From NCBI GenBank assembly GCA_937139365.1, contig CAKZPT010000079.1, forward strand, positions 2,581 through 66,580: a DNA stretch of 64,000 nucleotides, read 5' to 3'. The notes beneath the pieces were generated by a model. That model saw only the letters and a list, made by a program, of their open reading frames with translations. It was not told the DNA's origin and did not search any database. Position 1 is the first letter of the stretch; each line of letters begins with the position of its first letter. This document shows positions 30,380 to 40,222 of the stretch, in pieces. The position numbers were made by a program, and so were the translations under genes. This DNA is from an uncultured bacterium. GTDB taxonomy: Bacteria; Verrucomicrobiota; Kiritimatiellia; PWTM01.

Positions 30380-31580
30380 GGCGCCCCCTCTCCAGGTAAC
30401 GCGCTCGGTTCGCGACATGCGCGCGCAGGACCGCGTAGTCGATCAGCGGGGCCATCGCATTCATGAAAAGGATCGCCAGCATGTTCCCCGCCGTATAGGC
30501 AGGGTTGAAGAGGCGCACCACCACCGTCAGCGCCCCGATCAGGAACCCGTAGATCCACTTGCCCTCGTTCGTCGCTGCGGCGGACACCGGATCAGTGGCC
30601 ATGAACACTATGCCGAACAGCGCGCCTCCCATCACCATCTCGTACCAGAACGGCAGCGCGAGGATGGGATAGGCCTGCAGGGTTCCGGCGGGCAGGAGGT
30701 TGATCGACCCCGCGGTCAGCGCCAGCCCCAGCAGGCCGCCGACGATGATCCGCCACGAGCCGACGCCGGTGACGAGCAGCACCGCCATGCCGAGCAGCAC
30801 CGCCACCGCCGACGTCTCCCCGAGACTGCCCGGTTCCAGCCCCAACGTCATCGACCGCAGCGTGTGCCCCGCTTCGGCGAGGTGGGCGACGATGTCCACC
30901 CCCGCCGGCGCGCTCTTGGCCACCGCCAAGGCCGTCGCCCCGCTGACCCCCTCGGCCAGCCCATGCCCGGCCGGGGCCGCGATCCATACGGCGTCGCCGG
31001 ACATCTGTGCCGGATAGGCAAAATAGAGGAAGGCCCGCGAGGCCAGCGCCGGGTTGAGGACGTTGAACCCGACCCCGCCGAAAATCTCCTTCGCAACGAC
31101 CACCCCGAACGTGATGCCCGCGGCCACCTGCCACAAGGGAATCGTCGGCGGCAGCGTCAGCGGAAAGAGGATCCCCGTAATCAGGAAGCCCTCGTTGATC
31201 TCGTGCTTCCGCACGGCGGCGAACAGCACCTCCCAGAAGCCGCCGACCGCGTAGGAGGTCACGATGATCGGCACCACCAGCCGGGCACCTCGCAGCAGGT
31301 GCGCCCACAACGGCGCCTCCGCCATCCCCGCCGCCCGGTGGTACTGGAAACCCGCGTTGTACATGCCGAACAGGATGCACGGGATTAGCGCGTAGAAGAC
31401 GGTGATCATGTACCGCTTCATGTCCAGTGCATCCCGCACGTGCGGAGGACCGGAAGTCGTCGTCGCGGGCGTGAAGACAAAGGTCTCCAGCGCCTCGTAC
31501 ACCGGCCACAGCGGCCGCAACGGCCCGCCCTCCTCGAACTTCGGGCGGAGCTTCTCGAAGCTTCGCAGCAGCGGGTGCAT
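30372..31580 (-). CDS. nqrB: Na(+)-NQR subunit B
   Basis: HVRDALDMKR, INEGF, KEIFGG, AYPAQMSGD, SGAT flavinylation motif, FMATDPVS. Confidence 0.95.
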   Translation of the reverse strand: MHPLLRSFEKLRPKFEEGGPLRPLWPVYEALETFVFTPATTTSGPPHVRDALDMKRYMITVFYALIPCILFGMYNAGFQYHRAAGMAEAPLWAHLLRGARLVVPIIVTSYAVGGFWEVLFAAVRKHEINEGFLITGILFPLTLPPTIPLWQVAAGITFGVVVAKEIFGGVGFNVLNPALASRAFLYFAYPAQMSGDAVWIAAPAGHGLAEGVSGATALAVAKSAPAGVDIVAHLAEAGHTLRSMTLGLEPGSLGETSAVAVLLGMAVLLVTGVGSWRIIVGGLLGLALTAGSINLLPAGTLQAYPILALPFWYEMVMGGALFGIVFMATDPVSAAATNEGKWIYGFLIGALTVVVRLFNPAYTAGNMLAILFMNAMAPLIDYAVLRAHVANRARYLERGRRA

Positions 31581-31583
31581 GGA

Positions 31584-32978
31584 TCAGAGCCCCTCCGCCT
31601 CGGCCATCGCCAACCCTTCGCGGATGATCCCGACGAGGTCCATCTTGGAAGGACACGCGAAGGCCGCCAGCGCCACATCCTCCGGCTCCAGCTCCAGTAT
31701 CCCCAGTTGAATCGCCTCCTCCCAGTCGCGCGCCAACACCGCCCGGATCAGAAAATCGAGGCGGATGCGCATCGGCAGATACCGGTCGTACAGTCCCGTG
31801 GCGACCATCGCCCGGGGCGCCCCCTGAAGGCTCGTACCCAGCGGCCACGCCCCACCTCGCCGCCACGCCGACACAAACGTCTGAGAAAAACTGAAGCGCC
31901 CATCGAGGGGATTGGCCCAGGCCAACAGGTGCCGCTCCCGGTCCTCCGGCAGCACCGTCACCGACGAGGCCCATGGCGGCAAAAAACCATCCGGCGCCAC
32001 CGCCGTGCCTGACAGCGCATCTCCAGCGACCACTCTCATCTCCCCCGCAGCCAGCCGCGCCGGTAACCAGGCGGACAAGGCCACGCCCCACGGCACCCGA
32101 TAGTGACACGCCCGGCCCTCCGCCACCCCCGGCCCGCCCAGCGCAACCAGTCGCCAGCCCGGCATCGCCCCCTCCAGCAGAAACTTGCCGATCAAGGCCA
32201 GATCCGCCAGCCGAACCGTCCACACATGCTCCCCCGGCCGGATGGGATCGAGGTGATGAATATGCACCCCCGAGTTTCCCGAAGGATGCGGCCCCGAAAA
32301 CCTGGCCAGCGTCACGCCCCCCGCCCCGGCGATCCGCTGCGGGAGATCCCGGCCCGAACCGGCGCACAAATACACCGGACCGGCCGTCAGACGCCGCAGC
32401 GCCGCCAATCCCGTCGCGATCGCGTCGGTTTCCTGCGAGGCGATCAGCAGCGGATCGGCCTGAAATGGGGCTGTCGCCATCGCATTGACGAAGATGGACT
32501 TCGGCTTCGAGTCACGCCTGGGCATTCTCGAAAATGGCCGCTCGACGATCAATGAAAGCATCCCGGAGGAGCGCAGCCGGCCGAGAATCTCATCGCCAGG
32601 CATCCGCTCCAACTCCCCCGCCGTCGCCTTTGCAAAAGGCTCGACCTCATCGGCTCCGTCCGGTTCCACAACCACCCGCTGGAGGATCCTGCGCGGCCCA
32701 AAGTCGATCGAACGCACCCAGCCCGCCACCGGCGAACACAGCCGGAAGTCAGGGTCACGCTTGTCGTACACCAGCGGCGTTCCCCGCCGGATCCGGTCGC
32801 CTACCGCCACCATCGGGCGCGGCTTCATGCCCCTCACCCAGAGCGGCTGAACCGCAACCGGACCCGAAACGGGCTCCGCCGCGACGGAGGCTTCGGGCGC
32901 GCCAGACAACGGCACGTCGCGTCCGCGACGGATCACGAACAGGGGCTCACTGCCCGAAATCTTGCGCTGTGCTCCCAT
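31584..32978 (-). CDS. nqrA: Na(+)-NQR subunit A
   Basis: IRRGRDVPLSG, GMKPRPMV, ERPFS, FSGPHPSGN, LEPEDVAL...CPSK. Confidence 0.93.
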   Translation of the reverse strand: MGAQRKISGSEPLFVIRRGRDVPLSGAPEASVAAEPVSGPVAVQPLWVRGMKPRPMVAVGDRIRRGTPLVYDKRDPDFRLCSPVAGWVRSIDFGPRRILQRVVVEPDGADEVEPFAKATAGELERMPGDEILGRLRSSGMLSLIVERPFSRMPRRDSKPKSIFVNAMATAPFQADPLLIASQETDAIATGLAALRRLTAGPVYLCAGSGRDLPQRIAGAGGVTLARFSGPHPSGNSGVHIHHLDPIRPGEHVWTVRLADLALIGKFLLEGAMPGWRLVALGGPGVAEGRACHYRVPWGVALSAWLPARLAAGEMRVVAGDALSGTAVAPDGFLPPWASSVTVLPEDRERHLLAWANPLDGRFSFSQTFVSAWRRGGAWPLGTSLQGAPRAMVATGLYDRYLPMRIRLDFLIRAVLARDWEEAIQLGILELEPEDVALAAFACPSKMDLVGIIREGLAMAEAEGL

Positions 32979-32994
32979 GAACCGAAGACGCGAC

Positions 32995-33048
32995 AATATA
33001 TCCACGCGGTTCGGCCCGTCAACGTATGCAGGTGGCAAGAGATGCCAC
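32995..33048 (-). promoter_or_regulatory. nqr operon promoter plus upstream palindrome
   Basis: TTGACG-N16-TATATT on the minus strand (33022-32995). Perfect inverted repeat GTGGCA-N5-TGCCAC at 33032-33048. Confidence 0.55.
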
Positions 33049-33391
33049 GCAGTGACGCGAATAACCGCGCATCGTCACAAAAAACCGCCTCGGCAGATCT
33101 GTTTCGTGGGCCGTGCAACTGAGGTCCGTCTCCGTCGAGTGGCCGGAATGATAGGTTGCAGATGCGGCACGGACGTCACAAATTCGGGGCAGCCATCGTT
33201 CATGAATTGGCGACCATTTAAGATTCCGGTTCTCCGAAAGATGGGGCCGGCTGGAGGCGGCTGGGCCCCCGGCACAATTGACAAACAGGGTCGAATGCAT
33301 GCGGCCATTCGACGTGCCATGAGCACTCCGAACAAGCCGGCCCAGTTTCAGGATCTGGGCAAACCCTACGAGTGCTGCGATCGCAGCGCTC

Positions 33392-36017
33392 ATGGCGCTC
33401 CACGGGGCGGCGGCCAATCCGATCCAGCTCCCATCGCCCGACGACCACCGCCTGTCCCTCGTCCCGCTCCTGCTGCTAGCGCCGGGCGACGAGATTTGCG
33501 CGACCGGGGCGGTTGCCAATCTTGGCGTCGCCCCTATCGAGGCGCTGACTGAATGGGAGATTCGCTACGATCCCTTGTTGGACGCCTTTCCTCTCCCCCT
33601 TCTCGGTCCGGATCTCGCATACGGCCGGCCGAGTTGGACGGAAATCGACGGACAACTTGCTGAGAGCAATTCGTTGACCGATGGCCGTGCGTACACGACG
33701 CGCGAGCCGTCGCTCCGTCGCGAGGGATATCGCGAAAGCCGTTCAAACGGTGAATCTATAGGAAAGTGGTCCCCATCGTCCGCATCGAATATCTGGCCGG
33801 CGACGCGAACTGGATCTGGCGCAGGGACGTCCAAGCGTCCGAGGACGGCCGACAATGGACAGAGCTGATGCGAGATTTCGACGCCCACAAAAAGTGGGGA
33901 CGTGTAGCGCTGCCGATTTTCGGACCGGTGTCGGATCGCTATGTCCAGTGGCGTGTGCACCGCGGTGGCAGCCCCATGGACGTCGTGCGTTGTCCGGCGG
34001 AAATGCGGGTGTACGTGGCCTCGCCGCCGGCCCCACCGCCCTGGAAAGAGGCGCCCGTCGAACAGGGCTTGGTTCGTGTTCGGGCAAAACCGCCTGGCGA
34101 GCCGAGCCGGGCCTGTGGCGAATGGCCGTGCGGATGCGTTCCGGCGGTCGCGGATGCTGCCCGGACATGGGTGATGGTGGCCGGAGACCCGCCGTCCACG
34201 ATGGCCGAGGCGTCGCGGTTTGGCATCAACGGCTCCAACACCAAGATGGCGCCCCTTTTGCGTCGACCCGGGATTCGATGGGTCAGGTTTGAAAACCTAA
34301 AGTGGCCGATGGTGTCTCCGGGGTCGGCCGAGTTCCGCTTCGACGGATCCGTCGGTCCCCGTGGCGCGTCCACCATGACGCCATTCTGCAATGCTACCGG
34401 GAGGCCGGTCTCGACGTGCTGCCGTTTTTGTTCATGACCGCTCCCCACGCCAGCTCGCCCCCCGCCGACATCACGAACCGGCAGCGCCGGATGTTTTACC
34501 TGCCCAGCGACGACTCGGAGTTTGCGGAATACGCGTTCCAGACGGCGGCGCGATACGGGACGCGGCCACACCCGGTGGGGGCGCTGCGGACACCGGACGG
34601 GCAGTCCGGCCTCGGATGGCTGACCGTTTACGAAATCTGGAACGAACCGAACCTGTCAGATCCGCGATGAGGAGCATGGGCGGTTCGTTGGACCGGTATC
34701 TGCTGTTGCCTCGCGCGGCGGCGGAGGCCGTTCGCCGCGCCGATCCCGCCGCGAAAATCGCCAATGGCGGGTTTGCGGGCGTGGACGTGGACACCGTCGA
34801 CCCCCTCCGCGTTTTCCTATCCCGACGGGCGCCGTCCGCTCGATTTCATCGACATCCTGAACGTCGGTTGTTACACCGGACGCGAGGCTCCGGAGACCGC
34901 CCTTGAGGATTTCAACGCCGGCGGCGCCGGCGAGCTGCCCCCGCCGAAACAATTCCGCCGTCTCGCGAGGTGGCGCGATCGGAACAAGCCAGGGATGCCC
35001 ATCTGGCTGACGGAAACAGGGTACGGCTCGGCCGGCCCCTTCGGAACCGACGAGCGCACCCAAGCGGCCCGCCTCCCGCGGATGGTCATGCTCGCGCTGG
35101 CTAACGGAACGGACAAGGTGTTCGTGTACCGCGAGAGCTGATCCACGCCCGCCAAGCACGCTGCCTCGGCATTGGTCCGCAACGACGGCACGATCAAACT
35201 GTCCTTTCTGAGCTACGCAACGCTGGTGCGCAGGATGGACGGAGTACGCGGAGATGCGGTGCCGCTATCCGTCGGCGACTCCAATGTGGTGGCGCTGGTC
35301 TGGGAGTCCAGGACCGCCGCGCCGCCGATCACGGCCTGGACCATCGAGGACCATCCAAGACGCCTGGAACTCGACCTCGGCGAGGCGGCCGTCTGCGATG
35401 CGTTCGGGTGGTGCATGACGGTCGCCTGTGCGACGGGGATCGAACTGTCGATCTTTCCTCTCTACATCCGGCCGAACGTGCGGACCGATGGGATGGTCCG
35501 GGCTATGGCGCGCGCCTTGGAGGACCGGCGGCGGAACGAAATGGCGGACGCGGAGCTTGGACGCCGGAGAGGATGGGTGTTCAATTTTGGTCCGGAAACC
35601 CATCGCATGTTTCGGTGGATCGGCGTCGAACGCGAGGTCGTCAGCGTGCCCGCGGCCACGGTGTTCGAGGACGGCCGCGGATACGGTTGGTTTGGTCGGC
35701 GTGACCGCCGCGTCCGACGGCCGGAGGCCGTGGGCCAGGGACCCCATGGAACGGACTCTCACGTCCGCATCGCTCCCAAGGGGCGGTTTCGCGTCCTCAC
35801 GGGCCCCTGGCGATTCATGTTGAGGGTTTCTGCTGAACCAGCAGGGACCACGGGCATGACGGCCGTTTCCGATGCCAAGGAATGGTCCGTTCCCTTCAGC
35901 GCCAGCATCCGGCCATCTCGACCTCGTGTTCGCCGGATGGTCCGCGCTGCATTGGTTGTCGCTGCTCGAAAAACCATCGCCTTGAGTAAGTGCCACAACG
36001 ACACTTCTTGGCTGTAG
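33392..36017 (+). pseudogene. Heavily degraded clan GH-A (GH39/GH5-like) glycoside hydrolase with accessory beta-sandwich domains
   Basis: Fragments in several frames: discoidin-like piece (SEDGRQW), GIRWVRFENLKW, YEIWNEPN (acid/base), KIANGG, PIWLTETGY (nucleophile), in-frame TGA 35139-35141, FNFG...GYGW domain. Boundaries approximate. Confidence 0.65.
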
Positions 36018-36126
36018 AGTCACTGCGCCAGAGTGCCATTATGGCTTGCTCTTGGTGACAGTCAAATTGTTCTTAATTCACCATCAATAATTTATCCATG
36101 TATACATGCGTGGCATGTCTGTTGCT
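35988..36126 (+). promoter_or_regulatory. Sigma-54 promoter with IHF site and putative enhancer (UAS) palindromes
   Basis: TGGCATGTCTGTTGCT at 36111-36126 (GG-N10-GC). IHF-like ATCAA-N4-TTA at 36083-36094 in an AT-rich tract. GTGCCA-N3-(T/C)G(G/A)C dyads at 35990 and 36033. Confidence 0.75.
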
Positions 36127-36181
36127 GTCCAGCTTGATGGATCGCATAAGGCGAACCAGAGAGAACGCGGAGGTGATCAGG

Positions 36182-36607
36182 ATGATGCTGAACAGTGCAT
36201 GGTGGGATCCGATGGCGGAACTGGCGAGGTTCCAGCGGGAGATGAATCGGCTGATGGATGCCTTTTGCCAGTCCAGCGACCTGTTCCCGCGCGTCAATGC
36301 GTGGGCGGACGATAACACGGTGGTGGTTCGCGCCGAAGTGCCTGGGGTGGACCCGGCCTCGCTGAAGGTCTCGGTGGCCAGCGATGTCTTGACTCTGGAG
36401 GGGGAGCGGTCGGAGGCGACTCCGCCGAACCTTCGGGAAGCGCATCGTCAGGAGCGGGCTGCCAGGACCTTCTCTCGGTCTCTTCGTCTCCCCTGGGAGG
36501 TCGAGGAAGGTCAGGTGAAGGCCGTGCAGAAGAACGGCGTGCTGACGGTCACCCTGCCGCGGCGGGAATCGACGAAGCCCCGGCCGATCGCGGTGACCGC
36601 AGAGTGA
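36182..36607 (+). CDS. Hsp20/alpha-crystallin small heat shock protein 1
   Basis: FPRVNAW, RAEVPGV, RQER...FSRSLRLP, KNGVLTVTLP. GGAGGTGA RBS. Confidence 0.92.
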   Translation: MMLNSAWWDPMAELARFQREMNRLMDAFCQSSDLFPRVNAWADDNTVVVRAEVPGVDPASLKVSVASDVLTLEGERSEATPPNLREAHRQERAARTFSRSLRLPWEVEEGQVKAVQKNGVLTVTLPRRESTKPRPIAVTAE

Positions 36608-36623
36608 GTTTGGAGGTGACACC

Positions 36624-37022
36624 ATGAACAATGCGAAGGAATTGCAGGTGCAGAGGGTAGAACCCCGGCCGGTGGATGCCACGCGGAATCGCCCCGTCTG
36701 CCGTCCGGATACGGACATCTATGAAACCGACGAAGCGATCGTGGTGGTGGCGGACCTGCCCGGGCTCGATCAGTCGAATGTGACGGTCGAATACCAGGAC
36801 GATGTGCTCACGGTCCGCGGTCACGCGCCGGCGCCGCCCGCCGTCCAGGGCGAACCGCTGTTCCGCGAGTTCGTGGATCGCGATTTCGAGCGCTCGTTTT
36901 CGATCAGCGCCGCCATCGACCGTGACCGGATCAGCGCGCGGATGAAGCACGGGGTCCTGACGGTGACCCTGCCGTTCGCGCCGGAAGTCCGGCCGAAGCA
37001 GATCGCTGTGACGTCGGATTGA
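36624..37022 (+). CDS. Hsp20 small heat shock protein 2
   Basis: PDTDIYET, ADLPG, FERSF, KHGVLTVTLP. Confidence 0.92.
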   Translation: MNNAKELQVQRVEPRPVDATRNRPVCRPDTDIYETDEAIVVVADLPGLDQSNVTVEYQDDVLTVRGHAPAPPAVQGEPLFREFVDRDFERSFSISAAIDRDRISARMKHGVLTVTLPFAPEVRPKQIAVTSD

Positions 37023-37041
37023 TGTAGAAAGGAGGAAAACG

Positions 37042-37548
37042 ATGAGCCGCAGTCTGATTCCGTGGCGCCGACGCGCGCCCGCGCCGGCGCGGGTCGAGGA
37101 CAATCCGTTCGAGGTCCTGCACCGCGAGATGACGTCGTTGTTCGACGGTTTCTTCCGCGAGTTCGAACAGGCGTTCCGCGGTTGGCCGGGCCTCGCCCGG
37201 GGCGGCGGACCCGCGCTCGCACCGGCGGTGGATGTCTCGGAGACGGACGACGAGGTCCACATCGCCGTGGACCTCCCCGGCCTGACCGAGAAGGACGTCG
37301 AAGTCAGCATTGACGACGACGTGTTGGTCGTCCGCGGCGAGAAGAAGCAGGAACGAGAGGAAAAGAAGCGCAACTATCATCTCCTCGAGCGCTCCTACGG
37401 GCGTTTCGAGCGGCAAGTGGAGCTCCCGGGCGGGCTCGATCTCGACCGCGCGGGCGCCAAATTCAAAAACGGCGTGCTAACCGTGACCCTGCCAAAGCGT
37501 CCAAACGCTCAGTCCCGTCGACGCACCATCGAAGTCCGGGAGGAATAA
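37042..37548 (+). CDS. Hsp20 small heat shock protein 3
   Basis: PAVDVSET, DLPGL, ERSYGRFER, FKNGVLTVTLPK. Confidence 0.93.
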   Translation: MSRSLIPWRRRAPAPARVEDNPFEVLHREMTSLFDGFFREFEQAFRGWPGLARGGGPALAPAVDVSETDDEVHIAVDLPGLTEKDVEVSIDDDVLVVRGEKKQEREEKKRNYHLLERSYGRFERQVELPGGLDLDRAGAKFKNGVLTVTLPKRPNAQSRRRTIEVREE

Positions 37549-37562
37549 TCCACTTCTGCCTG

Positions 37563-37587
37563 GCCGCGCGGCCCCCCGCGCGGCTCT
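37563..37587 (+). terminator. Putative hairpin terminator after the sHSP cluster
   Basis: GCCGCGCGG-CCCC-CCGCGCGGC, perfect 9-bp stem with a weak U-tract. Confidence 0.5.
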
Positions 37588-37660
37588 CGTCGTATACAGA
37601 CGGGTCGGCCGGGTGCGCGATCCCTAGTCGCTTCGGCACCCAACCGGGGACCGACGCGGC

Positions 37661-39019
37661 CTACGCGGGCGGAGCCTTGGGAACGTGGCCCAGTTCCATC
37701 GCGTCCGCCGCCATTTGCCGCGCGCGGCGGATCGATCGCTCGGCCGATTCATGCAACTCCGCCCAAGACAACGGTCGCCGGGCCACACCCTCGACCACCG
37801 CCTGCGTGCCGACGTCGGCCGCCTCGCGGGGAAACACCTCCCAATCGTCCATCGTCGGCAGAATCCGGTCGACCGAGAGACGGGGGCCGACGGATCCTGC
37901 CAGCGAACGGGCCGCGGCCAGGCACATCGTGTCGGTGATGGTGCGTGCCCGCACGTCCAGGACTCCTCGGAAAAGACCGGGAAAACACAGCGAGTTGTTC
38001 ACCTGGTTGGGAAAATCGGAGCGGCCGGTCGCGAAGACCGCCACGCCGGCCTCCGCGGCCTCCCAGGGCCATATCTCGGGAACGGGATTTGCGCACGCAA
38101 AGACGATCGCGTCGCGCCGCATGGTCCGCAGCCACTCCGGCCGGATCGTGCCGGGGCCGGGCGTCGAACAGGCGATGACGACGTCGGTGTCCCGGATGGC
38201 CTCCGGAATGCCGCCCGTCCGTCCTTCCGCATTCGTCTCGAGGCAGAGCCGCCACTTGGCGGCGAACCGATCCCGCACCGCCTCCACATCGCGCCGGTCG
38301 CGCCCCAACAGGCCGCGGCTGTCCACTACGTAACACCGGCCTGGATCGGCCCCGGAGGCCATGAGCAGCCGGGCGGCCGCCGTGTTGGAGGCGCCCGCCC
38401 CGATCAGCGCAATGGCGACATCGCCGATCCCCTTGCCCACCACCTTCAGCGCATTGATCAGTCCGGCGAGGATCACTGTCGCCGTCCCCTGCTGGTCGTC
38501 GTGCCAAACGGGAATCTCGGCCTGCTCGCGCAACCGGTCCAACACCTCAAAGCACGACGGCTGGGCGATGTCCTCCAGGTTGATGCCGCCGAACGAGGGT
38601 TGGATCGCCAGTACGAAATCCACGAGGGCCTGCGGCTCGTGCAGATCGACCACAAGGGGCACGGCGTCCACTCCCCCGAGGTATTTGAACAACAATGCCT
38701 TCCCCTCCATCACAGGAAGCCCCGCCGCCGGCCCGATATTCCCGAGGCCCAGTACACGGCTGCCGTCGCTGACCACGGCCACCGTGTTGCCGCGATTCGT
38801 GTGGTCAAAGACCCGCTCCGGCCTTTCCGCGATGTCGCGGCAGGGAGCGGCGACGCCGGGCGAATACCAGATCGCGAAGTCGTCGAAGCCGGCCACGCGG
38901 CATTTGATGCCAGTCTCGACCTTGCCGCGGTAAAAGGGATGCAGCCGCATCGCCTCGCGGGCTGGCGCCTCCGCCCGCGCCCGCAGTTCCGCGCCGTTGT
39001 CCGCCGGGTTGCTGTTCAT
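37661..39019 (-). CDS. NAD(P)-dependent malic enzyme
   Basis: WYSPGVA, DGSRVLGLGNIG, PVMEGKALLFK, GGINLEDI, WHDDQQGTA, GRSDFPNQVNN. Confidence 0.93.
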   Translation of the reverse strand: MNSNPADNGAELRARAEAPAREAMRLHPFYRGKVETGIKCRVAGFDDFAIWYSPGVAAPCRDIAERPERVFDHTNRGNTVAVVSDGSRVLGLGNIGPAAGLPVMEGKALLFKYLGGVDAVPLVVDLHEPQALVDFVLAIQPSFGGINLEDIAQPSCFEVLDRLREQAEIPVWHDDQQGTATVILAGLINALKVVGKGIGDVAIALIGAGASNTAAARLLMASGADPGRCYVVDSRGLLGRDRRDVEAVRDRFAAKWRLCLETNAEGRTGGIPEAIRDTDVVIACSTPGPGTIRPEWLRTMRRDAIVFACANPVPEIWPWEAAEAGVAVFATGRSDFPNQVNNSLCFPGLFRGVLDVRARTITDTMCLAAARSLAGSVGPRLSVDRILPTMDDWEVFPREAADVGTQAVVEGVARRPLSWAELHESAERSIRRARQMAADAMELGHVPKAPPA

Positions 39020-39125
39020 TGGTTGATTTCGTCCCGCCATCGGCCGCGGGCCGCAAGAGCATGACCGATGCCCGCCCGTCTGCCGACCACGGCGCCGGCG
39101 CCGTCGGATGGAATGCCGGCGGCGG

Positions 39126-40040
39126 TCACCCCTGCCATTCGGTCTTGTCCACCGTGGTCTGGAAGTCCGCGACGACGACTGCCGGAGCCTCTTCGCCGGC
39201 GGTCGCCGCTAGGTCGCTGGGCGTGGGCTTGCCCACGTAGATCAGCCCGTGCATCGGACATTTCTCGACGGCCTGGTCCACCCCCTCCATGTGATCGGGG
39301 TCGTATGCATCGTAGTCGATCACCGGCAGGTGTCCGTCGGTGAACTGGAACACGGGGCTTCGCTTCCCGCACGCACGGCAGCCGATGCACCCGACGGTGC
39401 AGACGTCCTTGACCTCCTTACCGAAATCCTTGTTCGAGCAGGCGATCACGAGCATCCGGTCGCGCTTGAAGGGCACCATCGTGATGATATTGCGTGGACA
39501 CACCCGGGCGCAGGCGCCACAACCGGTGCACGCCTCGTAGTTTACCACCGCCAGTCCGTCGCGGATGTGGATGGCGTCGAACTCGCAGGCCCGCACACAG
39601 TCGCCGAGGCCAAGGCATCCGTAGACACACCCCTGAACGCCGGCGACGAGATTGGCGGCCGCACAGCTCGGCTCGCCGCGGTACTCCGCCCGCTGCAGCC
39701 GCTCGTTCAGGCTGGCCCGGCAATGGACCACCGGACGCCGCGGCCACGACGGCTTGAGCTCGACCCCCATGATCGCCGCAACCGCGGCCGCACACGAGGA
39801 GCCACCGACGGGACACTTGTCCGGCAATTCGCCGTTCAGCACGACCGCCTCTGCATAGCTGGCGCACCCGACGTAGCCGCATCCGCCGCAGTTGGCGCCC
39901 GGAAGCTCGCCCAGCACCGCCTCGACCCGCGGGTCGACCTCCACGTGCAGAGCGTCCTTCGCCCACCCCAACACCCAGCCAGCGCCCACCGCCAGCACCA
40001 ACATGGAACCGCCCGCCAGTCCGATGACCAAAAGATCCAT
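39126..40040 (-). CDS. rnfB: Rnf electron transport complex subunit B (polyferredoxin with N-terminal TM), stand-alone
   Basis: VEVDPRVE, LPGANCGGCGYVGC, CPVGG, CVYGCLGLGDCVRAC, CTGCGACARVCP, CIGCRAC. Confidence 0.9.
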   Translation of the reverse strand: MDLLVIGLAGGSMLVLAVGAGWVLGWAKDALHVEVDPRVEAVLGELPGANCGGCGYVGCASYAEAVVLNGELPDKCPVGGSSCAAAVAAIMGVELKPSWPRRPVVHCRASLNERLQRAEYRGEPSCAAANLVAGVQGCVYGCLGLGDCVRACEFDAIHIRDGLAVVNYEACTGCGACARVCPRNIITMVPFKRDRMLVIACSNKDFGKEVKDVCTVGCIGCRACGKRSPVFQFTDGHLPVIDYDAYDPDHMEGVDQAVEKCPMHGLIYVGKPTPSDLAATAGEEAPAVVVADFQTTVDKTEWQG

Positions 40041-40167
40041 ACGGTCCAGTCTAACGTGCCCTGTCCGACCGGCCAAGCCGGCCCGGCTGCCGGTGTGCCG
40101 TCCCAGCGCCGTCTCCGATCGCCGCCGTCGTTGATCCCCTCCCCGGCCGCGCGGCGCGCCCCGTTGC

Positions 40168-40196
40168 TTGACCTACCCCGCCGACGGACCTAGCCT
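40168..40196 (+). promoter_or_regulatory. Putative sigma70 promoter
   Basis: TTGACC-N17-TAGCCT. Confidence 0.5.
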
Positions 40197-40222
40197 TCTA
40201 CCGCCAGCGCCATGGAGGCCCG

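Noticed and set aside
15035-31388. Long antisense or alternate-frame ORFs (e.g. 15035..16918, 17410..19365, 24571..26901, 27041..29110, 30003..31388; also 44064..45944)
   Set aside because: Shadow ORFs expected at about 70% GC. They are Arg/Pro/Gly-rich, lack motifs and overlap well-supported genes.
33355-33400. c-di-GMP-I riboswitch (GGGCAAACC)
   Set aside because: The downstream GAAA tetraloop and GACGCAAAG elements are missing.
33512-33527. GCCAA-TC-TTGGC as a fourth palindrome-array site
   Set aside because: Spacer is 2 nt rather than 3, there is no partner at 32 bp, and it lies inside a decayed coding region.
36017-36040. CIRCE element upstream of the sHSPs
   Set aside because: Only a GAGTGCCA half-site; no matching left arm at 9-nt spacing. 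The sigma-54 architecture fits better.
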